A stretch of DNA of 64,000 nucleotides. Origin: Octopus sinensis. Its lineage: Eukaryota. The position numbers and the translations under genes are program-made. The DNA lies in assembly GCF_006345805.1 (NCBI RefSeq), contig NC_043018.1, positions 6,386,001-6,450,000 of the forward strand, written 5' to 3'. Below, piece by piece: positions 35,763-47,797 of the stretch. The notes under the pieces are model-generated. The model saw only the letters and a list, made by a program, of their open reading frames with translations. It did no database searches and was not told the DNA's origin. The first letter of the stretch is position 1. Each line of letters begins with the position of its first letter.

Positions 35763-36587
35763 ATTTATGCTTTATGTATGTGTTGTTTTAAGGAAATTAG
35801 CTGTTATGTCTAGTGGATCGGGGGGCATCGAGCAACCAGTTTACAGGGGGCTGGCTCCCTCGTTAGCTCCTGTATTAAGTAGTTTGTATTGCTTTTCTCT
35901 GGCCCAGGTAAGCCCCGATCCAGCAAACATATGATCAAAGACACGTTCCAACCGTGTCTTTTCTTCAGGCACGGTATATCTAAGGGCTATAGTATTATGT
36001 TCTCTTTGCCTTTTCTGTGATTTGAAGGATGTTTGACCTATTGTTTCTAGCAGGTCGAGTGACCACGTAATAAGTCTTCCTTGGTGTGTTCCCATATGTT
36101 AAGATTTCATACCGTGACACATTAAAGTATCAGATATTCTCTGGTGAAATGTCTATGCTAGTCATCAACCACACTTGGTCCCAGATCATCCTAGATCGAA
36201 GGCGTTCCATTGATGACCATCTCGTATGTTATCGGATACAGATGTAGCCAAAACTACACTCTTCCCTTTATGCATTTTTAATACTGATGAATGTGGTTTT
36301 CATAGTTTGGCTGCTATTATCACCGGCAGATCAATTGATGGCCAACGTAGTGGTTGACTTTATTAGCTTGGATTGTAGGTGGTTGGACATCTTTAAAAGC
36401 TGATTAATTAGTTTAATTGATTGAACAGGATGGATACTTGCACATACGTATACAAAGGAATAAATAATTACATTTGTATAAAGTAACTTTATTGGCGAAA
36501 CCTGGTAACTTTATAAAGAAAGGCTTTTCTGCAAATAACAAGGGATAATAGGCTGAACACGTCGCCTTGTTTAACACCATCACTACC

Positions 36588-36724
36588 TATTTCTTTATTA
36601 CCCACAAGGGGCTAAACATAGAGGGGACAAACAAGGACAGACATAGGTATTAAGTCGATTACATCGACCCCAGTGCGTAACTGGTACTTAATTTATCGAC
36701 CCCGAAAGGATGAAAGGCAAAGTT
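36588..36724 (-). mobile_element. 5'-truncated SINE B with 8-bp TSD
   Basis: tcactacc on both sides. Confidence 0.85.
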
Positions 36725-37074
36725 TCACTACCAGCGACTCCTAACTTGGGTTTTGTTTTGAAGTTCCTTTAATATAATTCAGTCTGTTTTCTCAAGTCCT
36801 ATTTTTATTATTATTAAAAAATAATGTTTTTTTATCGAGTTAGGGTCTCTTTTCTTCCAGGATAATTTCTCCTTTTTTCTCTTCTTTGACCACAGAAAAA
36901 AGTGGGGTCCGGAGCACTGCTATCAAAAGAATAAGGGAAACAAAAGATTACTATAGTTACTAACTATAACAATAGCCATATTTCATAAACGTTGAATTTA
37001 TAACCGAAATATTTATGGCTAAAAATACATCAATATAACGTTTATGACCCAAGAAAGAAACCCATTTCTCTTCT

Positions 37075-37430
37075 ACCCTCTCTCTCTCTTACTGTCGTTC
37101 CCTCTCTCTCTCTCTTATTCTCTTGTATTCCCTTTCTCTCACCCTCCCTCTCTGTCTTATTCTCTCCATATTCTCTTTCTCTCACCCTCCCTCTCTGTCT
37201 TATTCTCTCCATATTCCCCTTCTCTCACCCTCCCTCTCTGTCTTATTCTCTCCATATTCCCTTTCTCTCACCCTCCCTCTATCCTCTCTTTGTCTTCTTT
37301 ATATTTCCCTCTCTCTATCTCCTTTACTCCCCCCTCTGTCTTACTCTCTATCCCTCTATCGTTCTGTTTTTTCTCTCTCTCTCACTCATTATCGTCCCTT
37401 TCACCCTTACTCCCTCTCCTTGGTCTCTTG
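37075..37430. repeat. CT-rich tract containing about 3.5 copies of a ~43-bp unit (37131-37280)
   Basis: ttctctcaccctccctctctgtcttattctctccatatt repeated. Confidence 0.8.
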
Positions 37431-37517
37431 ACCTGTTTAGAAATAACAGTTAAAATCCATTCTCTCTTAATTCACACGGCATCGTCTTGAAGACGAAAAT
37501 GCCGCGTTAGGTATCTA

Positions 37518-37526
37518 ACGGTAAGC
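37518..37526 (+). promoter_or_regulatory. candidate 5' splice donor ACG|GTAAGC
   Basis: Donor consensus in a CpG-containing unique segment. Confidence 0.3.
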
Positions 37527-38319
37527 ATCGTTAAAAAAAAGACTGGACGGTCGTGGCTGGAACATCTAGGTCTGGCTCTGATCACGGTTAATTCGAACTC
37601 AACACCAACAGCTTCGCCTCAGTAAATTTATAGCGAATAACCGCCAGAAAAAAAAAAAAGCTTTTATGTGGTCGCTTGATTTGCTAGAAATAGCAGCACC
37701 ATTACATTCAAATCTCACGTCCTTTGTTTTTGGAATAGGAAGGACACACTGGATATTGGATGTGTCCTTGATGTAAAAATCAAGGTGAGTTGATCACAGA
37801 TGAAAGGCTTTTTTTTAAATCTCAGGCCTGTCTGCCTAGGGCTAAAGAGCATCTACAAAGACCGCATTGTTTATGAATTAACGTTGGTCGTTTATTTCCA
37901 ATATGTTTAAAGCACAAAGGTAATACAATAAATAAATAATAAAGTAAACAACACAAAGCTACAGTATACCTGTATGTAGTGGCTCGATATGTTAGAAATA
38001 GAAGCTAAATCTCCCTCAGATCCATTTGTCTTTAAAAGAAATTAGGAAGAAATATCCATTTTTTTTTTTACATGACTAGCTAAAATATAAATACAGGATG
38101 ATCACAGCTGGATCGATTTTAATCATAGACTTATTCAATCAGTGCCAGCCTGGATCTAAAATTCTAGCTGGATAAACCAACGAGGAAATTTTCTATTTGG
38201 TCGATCGATATGCTAGAAACAGAAGCACGAATGTCGAAAATCCTACCCTTATTGACTTTAAGGAAATGAACAGATTTGAGAGTGTTTCTTTATACATTAT
38301 ATTGTTATAAAAAAAAATG

Positions 38320-38687
38320 AGTGGCTGTGTGGTAAGTAGCTTGTTTACCAACCACATGGTTCCGGGTTCAGTCCCACTGCGTGGCACCTTGGGCAAATGT
38401 CTTCTACTATAGCCTCGGGCCGACCAAAGCCTTGTGAGTGGATTTGGTAGACAGAAACTGAAAGAAGCCCGTCGTATATATATATATGTGCGTGTGTGTT
38501 TGTCCCCCTAGCATTGCTTGACAACCGATGCTAGTGTGTTTATGTCCCCGTTACTTAGCGGTTCGACAAAAGAGACCGATAGAATAAGTACTGGGCTTAC
38601 AAAAGAATAAGTCCCGGGGTCGAGTTGCTCGATTAAAGGCGGTGCTCCAGCATGGCCGCAGTCAAATGACTGAAATAAGTAAAAGAG
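38320..38687 (+). mobile_element. SINE A, full length
   Basis: Close to family consensus. Confidence 0.9.
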
Positions 38688-39070
38688 AGAGATGGCTCTA
38701 CCTGGAGCCTGTTACTTCTGTGTTCTTGCTTGGGGCTAATAATTACAACGCCAACACAAAAGTAACTTTGGAACCGATTTTAACCATTTCAAACGCTTTG
38801 CTCAAAGAATTTGTTTTCTGTGGCAATGGCACAAAATAGGTTTTTCTTCAGCTTAGACCTTAAGTTTTTGAAATGAAACCTTAACGCGCAAGCGAAATTA
38901 CCCTCCTACCTTCTTCAAATAAATTAATTAATGGCAGTTTTTCGTTATTGGTATGAAATATTGCTAAAATATTATGATGATTATACTGGATAGTGTAGTA
39001 CTGGTAACAGTCTATAAGAATATAAGATGGTATGGGCATGATTGGAACCCATTTAATTTGGGCCAAACTG

Positions 39071-39534
39071 GGATCTTTTCGGTTTGACGCTGTTTTTTTA
39101 AAAATAATTTCCACGTAACACTTTTAAACTTCGTATACTGGTAGAATGTGTTTATAAAACATCTTCTCTTGGCTTTATCGAGAAAATTCTACAGTTTGTA
39201 AGATATTTGTTGTTGTTTATTTTTCTGCAATTTCAACCAATCAATGACGTCTGTTGAGCTGAAAACATTCTGTGCCGTATGAATATGTCCCTCGTTTAAG
39301 AAACAGATTGGGTTTATTTACATTTCTGAAGAAAAATAGATACCCTTCTCCCCACAGATTGAAATGCAATAGATCGATACTAGGGTCATAATTATGGGTG
39401 ACAATTTAGAATTTTCTCAATAAAGCCAAGAGAAAAAGATGTTTTATAAACACATTCTTCCAGTATAGGAAGTTTAAAATTTTTTAGTTACCTAGAAATT
39501 ATGTTAAAAACTGCCGTTCAAATCGAAAAGATCC
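39071..39534. mobile_element. Merlin-type MITE with two right ends
   Basis: Both termini carry the right subterminal block (taaaaataatttcc..aaacttc); no TSD. Confidence 0.75.
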
Positions 39535-39774
39535 GAAATTAGCATAATAAAATGAAAGTGAAATAATGGTCAGTCATATCCAATTAAACTGTGTCACGAA
39601 ACGAAACCGGAAGAACGGTTTTCTTCGGAACTGAAAGTTTACTTTGAATTTGTTGTGTAGAAAAAATAAAAATAAACTGACTCTGTTACATGGGAATTTG
39701 TGGGTGACGTCATTGATATCGATGAGTTTGCCCGAAAGGAATTTCTTTGTTATAGGCTACGATATTTGTTTTAA

Positions 39775-39973
39775 CTCTTTTGTTACCATGTTTCTGTTGA
39801 AATGCCCTACCTTTGTTTTAACTGAAGAATTTAGTAAAATAACTTTATTAAGCTGTTGTTTGGAACATAAACTAGAATGAAAATTTAGTAGAAGTTTTTA
39901 ATTTGGAACACTTTAAAATGGTAAGTTTGTATCAGAACCAGTCGTAGTCTCACGTGGTCTGGTATCAAAAGGG
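39775..39973. mobile_element. piggyBac-type MITE
   Basis: TTAA|ctcttttgttacc ... ggtatcaaaaggg|TTAA. Confidence 0.7.
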
Positions 39974-40008
39974 TTAACACAATGAAAAGTACAAATAACT
40001 TTCTTTAA

Positions 40009-40780
40009 TCCTTTTGTTACCATATTTCTGCTGTAATACATTGCCTTTGTTTCATTTAATTTTGAACATAAAGAATTTAGTAAAATGATTTTGTCATTAT
40101 GTTGATGTTTGGAACATAAACTAGCATCAAATTTTAGAGGAAGGTTTTAATCTAGATTATTACTTCATTTCATTTCATTCTGAGAATGATGAAGAATTTA
40201 GTAAAATAATTTTGTCATTATTATAAGGTTGTGAGTTCGATTCCTGGACCAGACTGTGTTGTGTTCTTGGATCTTTTCGGTTTGAATGGCAGTTTTTAAA
40301 AATAATTTCCACATAACTAAACACTTTTAAACTTCGTAGACTAGTAGAATGTGTTTATAAAACATCTTTTTCTCTTGGCTTTATTGAGAAAATTCTATGG
40401 TTTGTAAGATATTTGTTGTTTTTTTCTTCAATTTCTGCAATTTCAACCAATCAAATACATCTATTGAGGTAAAAAAAAAACATTCTGTGCCGTATGAATA
40501 TGTCCCTCGTTTAAGAAACAGATTGGGTTTATTTACATTTCTGAAGAAAAAAAGATACCCTTCCCCCACCCCTAACCCTAAAATAGATTGAAATGCAATA
40601 GATCGATACTAGGGTCATAATTATGGGTGACAATTTTATATGACACTGCTAGAAAAAACTGCCGTTCAAACCAAAAAGATCCACATGGAATTTTTGTAGG
40701 TTTTAATTTGGATCAACCTAAAATGGGAATTTTGTGTTATAAAACCAGGAGCAGTCTCAGACAGGTTGGTCTCAAAATGG
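40009..40780. mobile_element. degenerate piggyBac-type MITE with nested SINE head and Merlin MITE
   Basis: TTAA-bounded; degenerate TIRs. Confidence 0.55.
40269..40682 (-). mobile_element. Merlin-type MITE, canonical left-right structure, no TSD
   Basis: TIR ggatcttttcggtttgaa[c/t]ggcag; flanks gtgttctt / acatggaa differ. Confidence 0.8.
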
Positions 40781-40933
40781 TTAATTCCTAATTCAGTGGC
40801 TGTAATGAGCCTATTTGTTTGGTAAATGAAACAGTCTTGTAGAGCTTATGTATTTAGTGGGCAGCAGATAAATGTTGTGCAAGTATTATCCAATCTAATT
40901 CTTATATTTTAGTTTATTATTGCAAAAAAATAT

Positions 40934-41328
40934 AGGTGCAGGTGTGACTGTGGTAAGAAGCTTGCTTCCCAACCACATGGTTCTGGGTTCAGACCCACTG
41001 CGTGGAACCTTGACCAAGTGTCTTCTATTATAGCCTTGGGCCAACCAAAACCTTGTGCAGTGAATTTGGTAGAGGGAAAACTGAAAGAAACCCATCATAT
41101 ATGTATATATTTGTGTGCGTGTCTGTGTTTGTCTCCTCCCCCCAACTATCGCTTGACAACCGATGTTGGTGTGTTTATGTCTCCGTAACTTAGTGGTTCA
41201 ACAAAAGAGACTGATAGATTAAGTACTAGGCTTACAAAGAATAAATCCTGGGGGCTGATTTGTTCGACTAAAAAAAGAACCCCCAAAAGTAGTGCTCCAG
41301 CATGGCCACAGTCAAATGACAAGTAAAA
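40934..41328 (+). mobile_element. SINE A
   Basis: Both halves. Confidence 0.85.
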
Positions 41329-41525
41329 TTGAATTTTGCAATTATTGTTTCATGTCTGTTTTATGTTTAGCAAATGAGTTTCTGGCAAATAACAATCTTT
41401 GTTGACTTGTCATTTCACTTTCTGGATCATAAAACAAAACATCACCTTGACATATTAGCAGTTTGATTTAAAAATTACTAAATAATTAATAGTGATAAAA
41501 GCAGTATTAATACCAAAAAGTATTA

Positions 41526-42280
41526 CCATAAATCCTTGAGTATAATCCGCATTCTTTTCCTAAAATTTAAAGGTCAAAATTCCTAGTGCGTATTATATAC
41601 GAGGTTAAAAATGAAAAGTATTTTCTAAGCAATGTCCGAGTCTCTATTTGCTGTCTGGCAATGTTTATTCAGACGCATTTTGTGATGTCGGGTGTGAAAA
41701 TACCTTAAGCTAAGCCTGAAAGCAATGAAGTCATAAAGGGATCATCCATAACTTGCAGTAAGCAACATTTATTAAAATAAAAGTATTCAGAACACAGAAT
41801 AACATTGTAACAAAAACAATTTGCAAACATATTTACAGTCCCATATAACAGTTAAGAACATCACCATCATTGTATTACGCATGTGCAGAAGTGTTTGTTC
41901 GACCAGGTGCTGCTGGATTAATTACGCACGACTCAAGTTAGAGAAGGGGCGCATATTATATATTTCTTTACTACCCACAAGGGACTAAACATAGAGGGGA
42001 CAAACAAGGACAGACAAAGGGATTAAGTCGATTATATTGACCCCAGTGCGAAACTGGTACTTTATTTATCGACCCTGAAAGGATGAAAGGCAAAGTCGAC
42101 CTCGGCAGAATTTGAACTCAAAACGTAACGGCAGACGAAATACCGCTTAGTATTTTGCCCGGCGCGCTAACATTTCTGCCAGCTTGCCGATAAGGGGTGC
42201 ATATTATACACAAGGTTTAGGTTTTTCAGAGGTCCACCCCCCCTAAAAATCCCCTGCATAGTATACTCGAGGATTTGCGG
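41526..42280. mobile_element. pogo/Tc2-like non-autonomous element
   Basis: TA|ccataaatccttgagtata ... tatactcgaggatttgcgg|TA. Confidence 0.65.
41961..42191 (-). mobile_element. SINE B with 17-bp TSD
   Basis: aagggg[c/t]gcatattata at 41944-41960 and 42192-42208. Confidence 0.9.
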
Positions 42281-42309
42281 TATTTATCTCCCACTAAATA
42301 CTGCATTAT

Positions 42310-42432
42310 TGGCCATGATAGAACCTCTTCTGGATTTGAGCCTGATGCTGCCATCTTGTTTGCCAGCCCTCAGTCAAATCGTCCAACCCATGCTAGCATG
42401 GAAAGCGGACGTTAAACAGTGATGATGATGAT
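42310..42432 (+). mobile_element. RTE 3' tail fragment
   Basis: ccaacccatgctagcatggaaagcggacgttaaacagtgatgatg. Confidence 0.75.
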
Positions 42433-42938
42433 AAACACTCAAGTTTATATTGCTGACAGGCGATAATCATCTGCTATTGCTGCTGGAACTGTCTGATTAC
42501 ATAATTTCATCTTCCCTTGGGGTTTTCAATGACAGATATTTGGCTAGACACAGCAGTTAAATTCCCCCCATCAGCTACGGTTTTAAAAGGCACGTCTGAA
42601 TGAATAAATGTAATATACTCAGTTTGGTTGTTGGGATATATTCCACTAGACATTCTAAGTCATTAATTTAAGCTCATTTTTCATTTTCATTTATGCGTGT
42701 TTCCTTGGCAATAAGTGTGTACAGCTCATGTTCGCATGTTTCTGTCTTATTCTGCTGGGAATAAAGGTTGGGCAAGCCCTGTGCTGATGATGCAAAGTGA
42801 AGCAAGAAGCACACGTCCACTGCTGTCCTCTTGGAGAATTTGTGATTCTTGAGGTTATCTCCTTTATCTGGTGTTGGCTCAAACTACTCCTTCTCAGGCG
42901 ATTGTTCTATCTACTCTGGAAGCAGAGATATTTTCAAT

Positions 42939-43343
42939 GGATCTTTTCGGTTTGAACGCCAGTTTTTTCTGGCGGTGTCATATGAAATTGTCACCCATAA
43001 TTATGACCCTAGTATCTATCTATTGCATTTCAGTCTGTTTTAGGGGTGGGGGGAAGGGTATCTTTTTTTCTTCAGAAATGTAAATAAACCCAATCTGTTT
43101 CTTAAACGAGGGACATATTCATACGGCACAGAATGTTTTTTAACTCAATACACGTAATTGATTGGTTGAAATTGCAGAAATTGAAGAAAAAAAACAACAA
43201 ATATCTTACAAACTATAGAATTTTCTCAATAAAGCCAAGAGAAAAAGATGTTTTATAAACACATTCTACCAGTATACGAAGTTTAAAATTTTTTAGTTAC
43301 CTAGAAATTATTTTAAAAACTGCCGTTCAAACCGAAAAGATCC
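42939..43343 (+). mobile_element. Merlin-type MITE with perfect 8-bp TSD
   Basis: ttttcaat|GGATC...GATCC|ttttcaat. Confidence 0.85.
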
Positions 43344-43618
43344 TTTTCAATAAATTCTTCATTTATTTTATTTGGTACATATATGTGTGTGTGTTATATG
43401 TAGTAGAGCAGTATAGTTTTCATGAAGCATTGTCTGATATCGGTATATGTTTTCATGTATATATTTCTTTTTAAAGGTGAAAACGATGCAAGTTGTAAAA
43501 ATAATACAGGTTGGTGGTTTTGAGGAAGGTGTGCTAATCTTGCAACGTTGAAATACCAGGTAAAACCACCAACCCGCATCATCTGTATAACTTACATTGC
43601 TTTCACTTTAAAAAGAAA

Positions 43619-43645
<27 letters not shown>

Positions 43646-43649
<4 letters not shown>

Positions 43650-43800
43650 AACTTATAAAATAAGGGCAAAAGAAAAATTCTAATGCCAAATATGCCGAAA
43701 AAAAGACAAAATTGTCAATAACCATTATATTTTATGCGTCTCGAAACAAACCGATAGAAATTTCTAAAAAATCTGTTATTACCGTATTGGTCCTAATTTC
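43646..43800 (-). repeat. (TA)n-anchored repeat, single-arm version of fold-back 59315-59501 (possible PLE terminus)
   Basis: aacttataaaataagggcaaaagaaaaattctaatgcc shared. Confidence 0.6.
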
Positions 43801-43964
43801 GGGGTTAATTCATAAGAATTTTCCCCTCTTCAGCGATAAATACGTTAGACATAAATGAAATAATTACTCATGTATATATATATATATATATATGTGTATA
43901 TGTATGTGTATTTATTTTATAGGTTTAATGATATTTCTTTATATATTTATACACACACACACAT

Positions 43965-44342
43965 ACAAGAAGCTTGCTTCTCAGCTCCATGGTTCTGAGT
44001 TCAGTCCCACTGTGTAGCACCCTGGGCAAGTGTTTACTATAGTCTCAGGTTGACCAAAGCCTTATGAGTGGATTTGGTAGATGGAAACTGAAAGAATATA
44101 TGAGTGTGTGTGTTAATCTTTGTGTCTGTGTTTGTGCCCTCACCATCACTTGACAACTAATGTTGGTGTGTTTACATCCCTATAACTTATCAACTTGGCA
44201 AAAAAGCGAGCAAGAGAACAAGTACTAAGGTTCACAAAGTCTAAGTCCTGGAGTCAATTTTTTTGGCTAAAACCCTTTAAGGTGATACTCCAGAATGGCG
44301 ACAGTCAAGTGACTGAAATAAGTTAAAGAATAAAAGAATAAA
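43965..44342 (+). mobile_element. SINE A (old)
   Basis: Degenerate, both halves. Confidence 0.7.
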
Positions 44343-44374
44343 CAAGTATACACATATACATACAAACATATACA

Positions 44375-44600
44375 TCATCATCTGATATCTGTTTTCCATG
44401 CCGGCATGGGTTGGATGACTTGATCAGAACTACACTAAGTTCCATTGCCTGTTTTGGCTTGGTTTATACAGTTTATACAGCTGGATGCCCTTCTTAATGC
44501 CAGGCATTCTACAAAGTATACTAGATGCTTTTTAAGTGGCACTAGCACCAGTGCCTTTTCATGTGGCATCAGCACCCACATTGATGCTTTTTACATGGTA
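44375..44600 (-). mobile_element. old RTE 3' tail fragment
   Basis: ttccatgccggcatgggttgg..ctggatgcccttc. Confidence 0.65.
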
Positions 44601-44711
44601 CCTTAGTTTTAGGATCTTAATTCTGTTGTGGTGGGCAGTTCTTCTTAAGTACAGCAATCTACCACATACCCCTCTCATCTATCATCTTATATATACACCC
44701 ACCCACAAATA

Positions 44712-44940
44712 TATATAAAGGAGCACTCCATCAGTTATTATGACGAGGTTGCCAGCTGATACGATCGACGGAACAGGTTGCTTGTGAAATTAATGTGCAA
44801 GTGGCTGAGCACTCCACAGATGCGTGCACCCGTAATGTAGTTCTCAGGGTGATTCAGCATGACAAAGAATGTGACAAGGCTGGCCTTTTGAAATACAGAT
44901 ATCTCTCATTTTTGCCAGCTGAGTGGACTGGAGCAACATA
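44712..44940 (-). mobile_element. SINE D 3' half (host of the CR1 insertion)
   Basis: Minus strand begins atgttgctccagtccactcagctgg, the continuation of gacactttattttc at 48536-48550. Confidence 0.7.
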
Positions 44941-45012
44941 ATAATAATAATAATAATAATAATTGTGTACAGTGCTCAGGTGCACTACAACTCATCTAAA
45001 GTGTATATATAA

Positions 45013-47778
45013 TCAGGTGTAGTTTTGGCGGATTTCGGAAAGCATGAGGGCCTTAAAAGATGCAGTGTCATGGCAGTCAACAACTGACGCAGGCAGTTTA
45101 TTCCATGCTTCAGCAACTCTGAGCGTGAAAAAATGTTTCCGAAAGTCATGGGAGCTGTATTGTTTTCTGACTTTGTAGGCATGTCCACGTGTGTTAGACA
45201 CATGGAGATCAAAAAGGTGTTCAGTGTTGTTGTTGGTGAGGTGGTTGATAACTTTGTGGGTGTTTACCAAGTCCGTCGCCAAACGCCGGAGCTTCAGTGA
45301 ATCCATGCCCAGGGAAACAAGGCGCTCAGAATATGGTAGGTGTCTGATGGAGGGTATGCGTTTGGTTGCACGTCTCTGGACAGATTCCAGGAGGTCAATG
45401 TTCTGTGCAAGATAGGGGTTCCAAACTGATGATGCGAATTCCAAGTGTGGTCGTACCATAGCTGTATACAGTTTTAAATAGATGGCTGGAGAGCGGCTAA
45501 CAAAAGACCTGCTGAGTGATGCCAAGACACCCTCGGCCTTCCTGACAATCTTAGAGATATGCTTTGACCAATGCAAATCACTGCTGACAGTGATGCCTAG
45601 GTCACGCTCGCAAGAGGATTTCTTGATATCAGTGTTGTGGAGGGAGTAAGTGAACGCAGGGTTTTTTCTCCCAAAATGCATGGTGGTACACTTGTCCACA
45701 GCCAGTTTCAGTTGCCAGTCTGTGATCCATTGCTGCATTGTGTCTAGGTCTGATTGCAGGAAAGAGTTGTAGACATCAGGATCTGTCCTCTTGATTTCAA
45801 GGTACAGCTTGATGTCGTCTGCATATTTCAATACTGTGGCATTCTTTAAATTGGCATCTATGTCGTTAATGTATGCCACAAACAAGAGGGGACCAAGGAC
45901 AGATCCCTGTGGTACACCCGATGACATCTCATATGGTGTAGAGTGCTGTCCTAGAACTGTGACTACCTCCTTTCGGCTGAGGATGAAGGATTTCAACCAG
46001 TTAAAAAGGTCATCCCCCACACCCATTGCAGAGAGTTTCACCATAAGCCTTTTGTGTGGCACAGAGTTGAAAGCCTTAGCAAAGTCAAGGTAGACAACAT
46101 CCACCCATGAGCCACTGTCAGTAATCTGAGTAATGTCCTCAAGGAACTCGACAAGCTGGTCACTGCAGCTGGAGTTAGGGACAAATCCATATTGTGAGGG
46201 TCGGATGAGACTGTGAGAGCTCCAGAAGTTCCAGAGTGTTTCTCTGACACACGATTCCATCAGTTTTGCAATACAGCTAGTGAGACTGACTGGGCGATAG
46301 TTGACAGGTGATGTGCGGTCGCCCTTTTTGAACAGAGGAATGACACTGGCAGTTTTCCACTGCTCCGGAGTAGCACCATTGTTGAGACAGTACTGGAAGA
46401 AAATAGAAAGCTGGTGTAAAAGGAAGTGCCTGCCACGTTTGAGAAGCAGGTATGTAACTCCATCGAGACCAGGGGAGGCATAGTTGCGCTTATTTTGAAG
46501 GTGACGTCGCAGCATTGCAGGTGTAAATTCCATAGTTGTTATGGAGTTTGCTGTTAGTGATGGTGAAGATGGTACATTTTGACTTTCAACAGTGAATATG
46601 TTTGCATAGCACTCGGCAATGAGTTCTGCGCATTCCATGGGGTCGTCAGTGATCTGGTTTGTGTGAGGGTTGCGAAGAAGGCCCACTGGAGAGTGAGGTC
46701 TCTGCTTTGAGTGCACATATTTCCAGAAAACCTTGCTGTCAGGATTGGCTGCTATGCACTGTTCAAATTCAAGCACTGCTTTTTTTGTCACTTGCTTGAG
46801 ATGGTTGGAGGATTTATTCCGCTTCTTCCTGTTGGTGTCTGATTTATGCAACCTGTATTCCCGTTCAGCAGTCCGACGTTCCCTCCTGGCAAGTCGGACC
46901 GCTGAAGTTTCCCAAATTGCCCTTTTGGGGCGGTTCTTCTTTTTTTGTTTACGTGGCACTGATGCTGCACATGCTGCCCATATTGAGTCCAGGATACTCT
47001 GGAGTATAGTATTCACATCTCCAGAGTTGTAGAATTCACGCCAGTTTGGGTGCTGTAGTTCAGTGTGGTACAGGTTCCAATCTGCTCTCTTCCAATCGAA
47101 GGAAGCAGATTGGAGATGGTTCAGGTTTTTGTTGCCCGCAAGAGCCAGATTGGCGATGATCATAGCATGATCAGAGTCACCTAGAGGTTCCTCCGTAGTG
47201 CAATTGATAACCGCTTCAGGAGTTGTGGTGAAGAGCAGGTCCAAGGTGTTGTCGCCTCTTGTTGGAGAGGTGACTACTTGTGACCAGTTTGAGTCCAGCA
47301 CAAGCTCAACAAAATCGTTTGCACTCTGTGGCCAATGGAAGGTCTCCCAATCGATCTCAGGATGATTGAAATCGCCTGCAATAAACACATAAGTGGCTGT
47401 TTTCCTGGCAGCAGCTCGGAGGACATTGCAAAGCTGTGTGTCCCGATGGTAACTTGGGGGACGATAAACAACGCCAAGCAGGAGTGTTGACATGGTCATA
47501 CGCACGTCACAGAAAAAAACTTCTTCTTGTGATTCGTTCAAATCGGCACAAGGAATTACCAAAAAATTTGAACGAACGTAGACCATCACACCACCACCAC
47601 GGCGGTTAGTGCGGTCCTTACGGAAGAGGTTGTACCCCGTAATGTTGAAAACCCCATCACAGAGTAAGGAATGCGCCCATGTTTCCGTGACAGTGATGAA
47701 GTCAGGGTCAACACTTCTGACGTAGGCGTTGAACAAATGTATTTTGTTGCATAAACTGCGAGCATTTAAGGACAACAA
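45013..47778 (-). CDS. CR1 ORF2: apurinic endonuclease plus reverse transcriptase (921 aa, uninterrupted)
   Basis: LNARSL, VTETW, GDFN, LDLLFT, SDH; PGLDG, YRPVSL, YLDFAKAFNSV, GVPQGSVLGPLLF, YADD, LGIT, TRGH..WNKLP. Confidence 0.97.
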   Translation of the reverse strand: MLSLNARSLCNKIHLFNAYVRSVDPDFITVTETWAHSLLCDGVFNITGYNLFRKDRTNRRGGGVMVYVRSNFLVIPCADLNESQEEVFFCDVRMTMSTLLLGVVYRPPSYHRDTQLCNVLRAAARKTATYVFIAGDFNHPEIDWETFHWPQSANDFVELVLDSNWSQVVTSPTRGDNTLDLLFTTTPEAVINCTTEEPLGDSDHAMIIANLALAGNKNLNHLQSASFDWKRADWNLYHTELQHPNWREFYNSGDVNTILQSILDSIWAACAASVPRKQKKKNRPKRAIWETSAVRLARRERRTAEREYRLHKSDTNRKKRNKSSNHLKQVTKKAVLEFEQCIAANPDSKVFWKYVHSKQRPHSPVGLLRNPHTNQITDDPMECAELIAECYANIFTVESQNVPSSPSLTANSITTMEFTPAMLRRHLQNKRNYASPGLDGVTYLLLKRGRHFLLHQLSIFFQYCLNNGATPEQWKTASVIPLFKKGDRTSPVNYRPVSLTSCIAKLMESCVRETLWNFWSSHSLIRPSQYGFVPNSSCSDQLVEFLEDITQITDSGSWVDVVYLDFAKAFNSVPHKRLMVKLSAMGVGDDLFNWLKSFILSRKEVVTVLGQHSTPYEMSSGVPQGSVLGPLLFVAYINDIDANLKNATVLKYADDIKLYLEIKRTDPDVYNSFLQSDLDTMQQWITDWQLKLAVDKCTTMHFGRKNPAFTYSLHNTDIKKSSCERDLGITVSSDLHWSKHISKIVRKAEGVLASLSRSFVSRSPAIYLKLYTAMVRPHLEFASSVWNPYLAQNIDLLESVQRRATKRIPSIRHLPYSERLVSLGMDSLKLRRLATDLVNTHKVINHLTNNNTEHLFDLHVSNTRGHAYKVRKQYSSHDFRKHFFTLRVAEAWNKLPASVVDCHDTASFKALMLSEIRQNYT

Positions 47779-47797
47779 TTTGTACCCTGCTCGCAGT

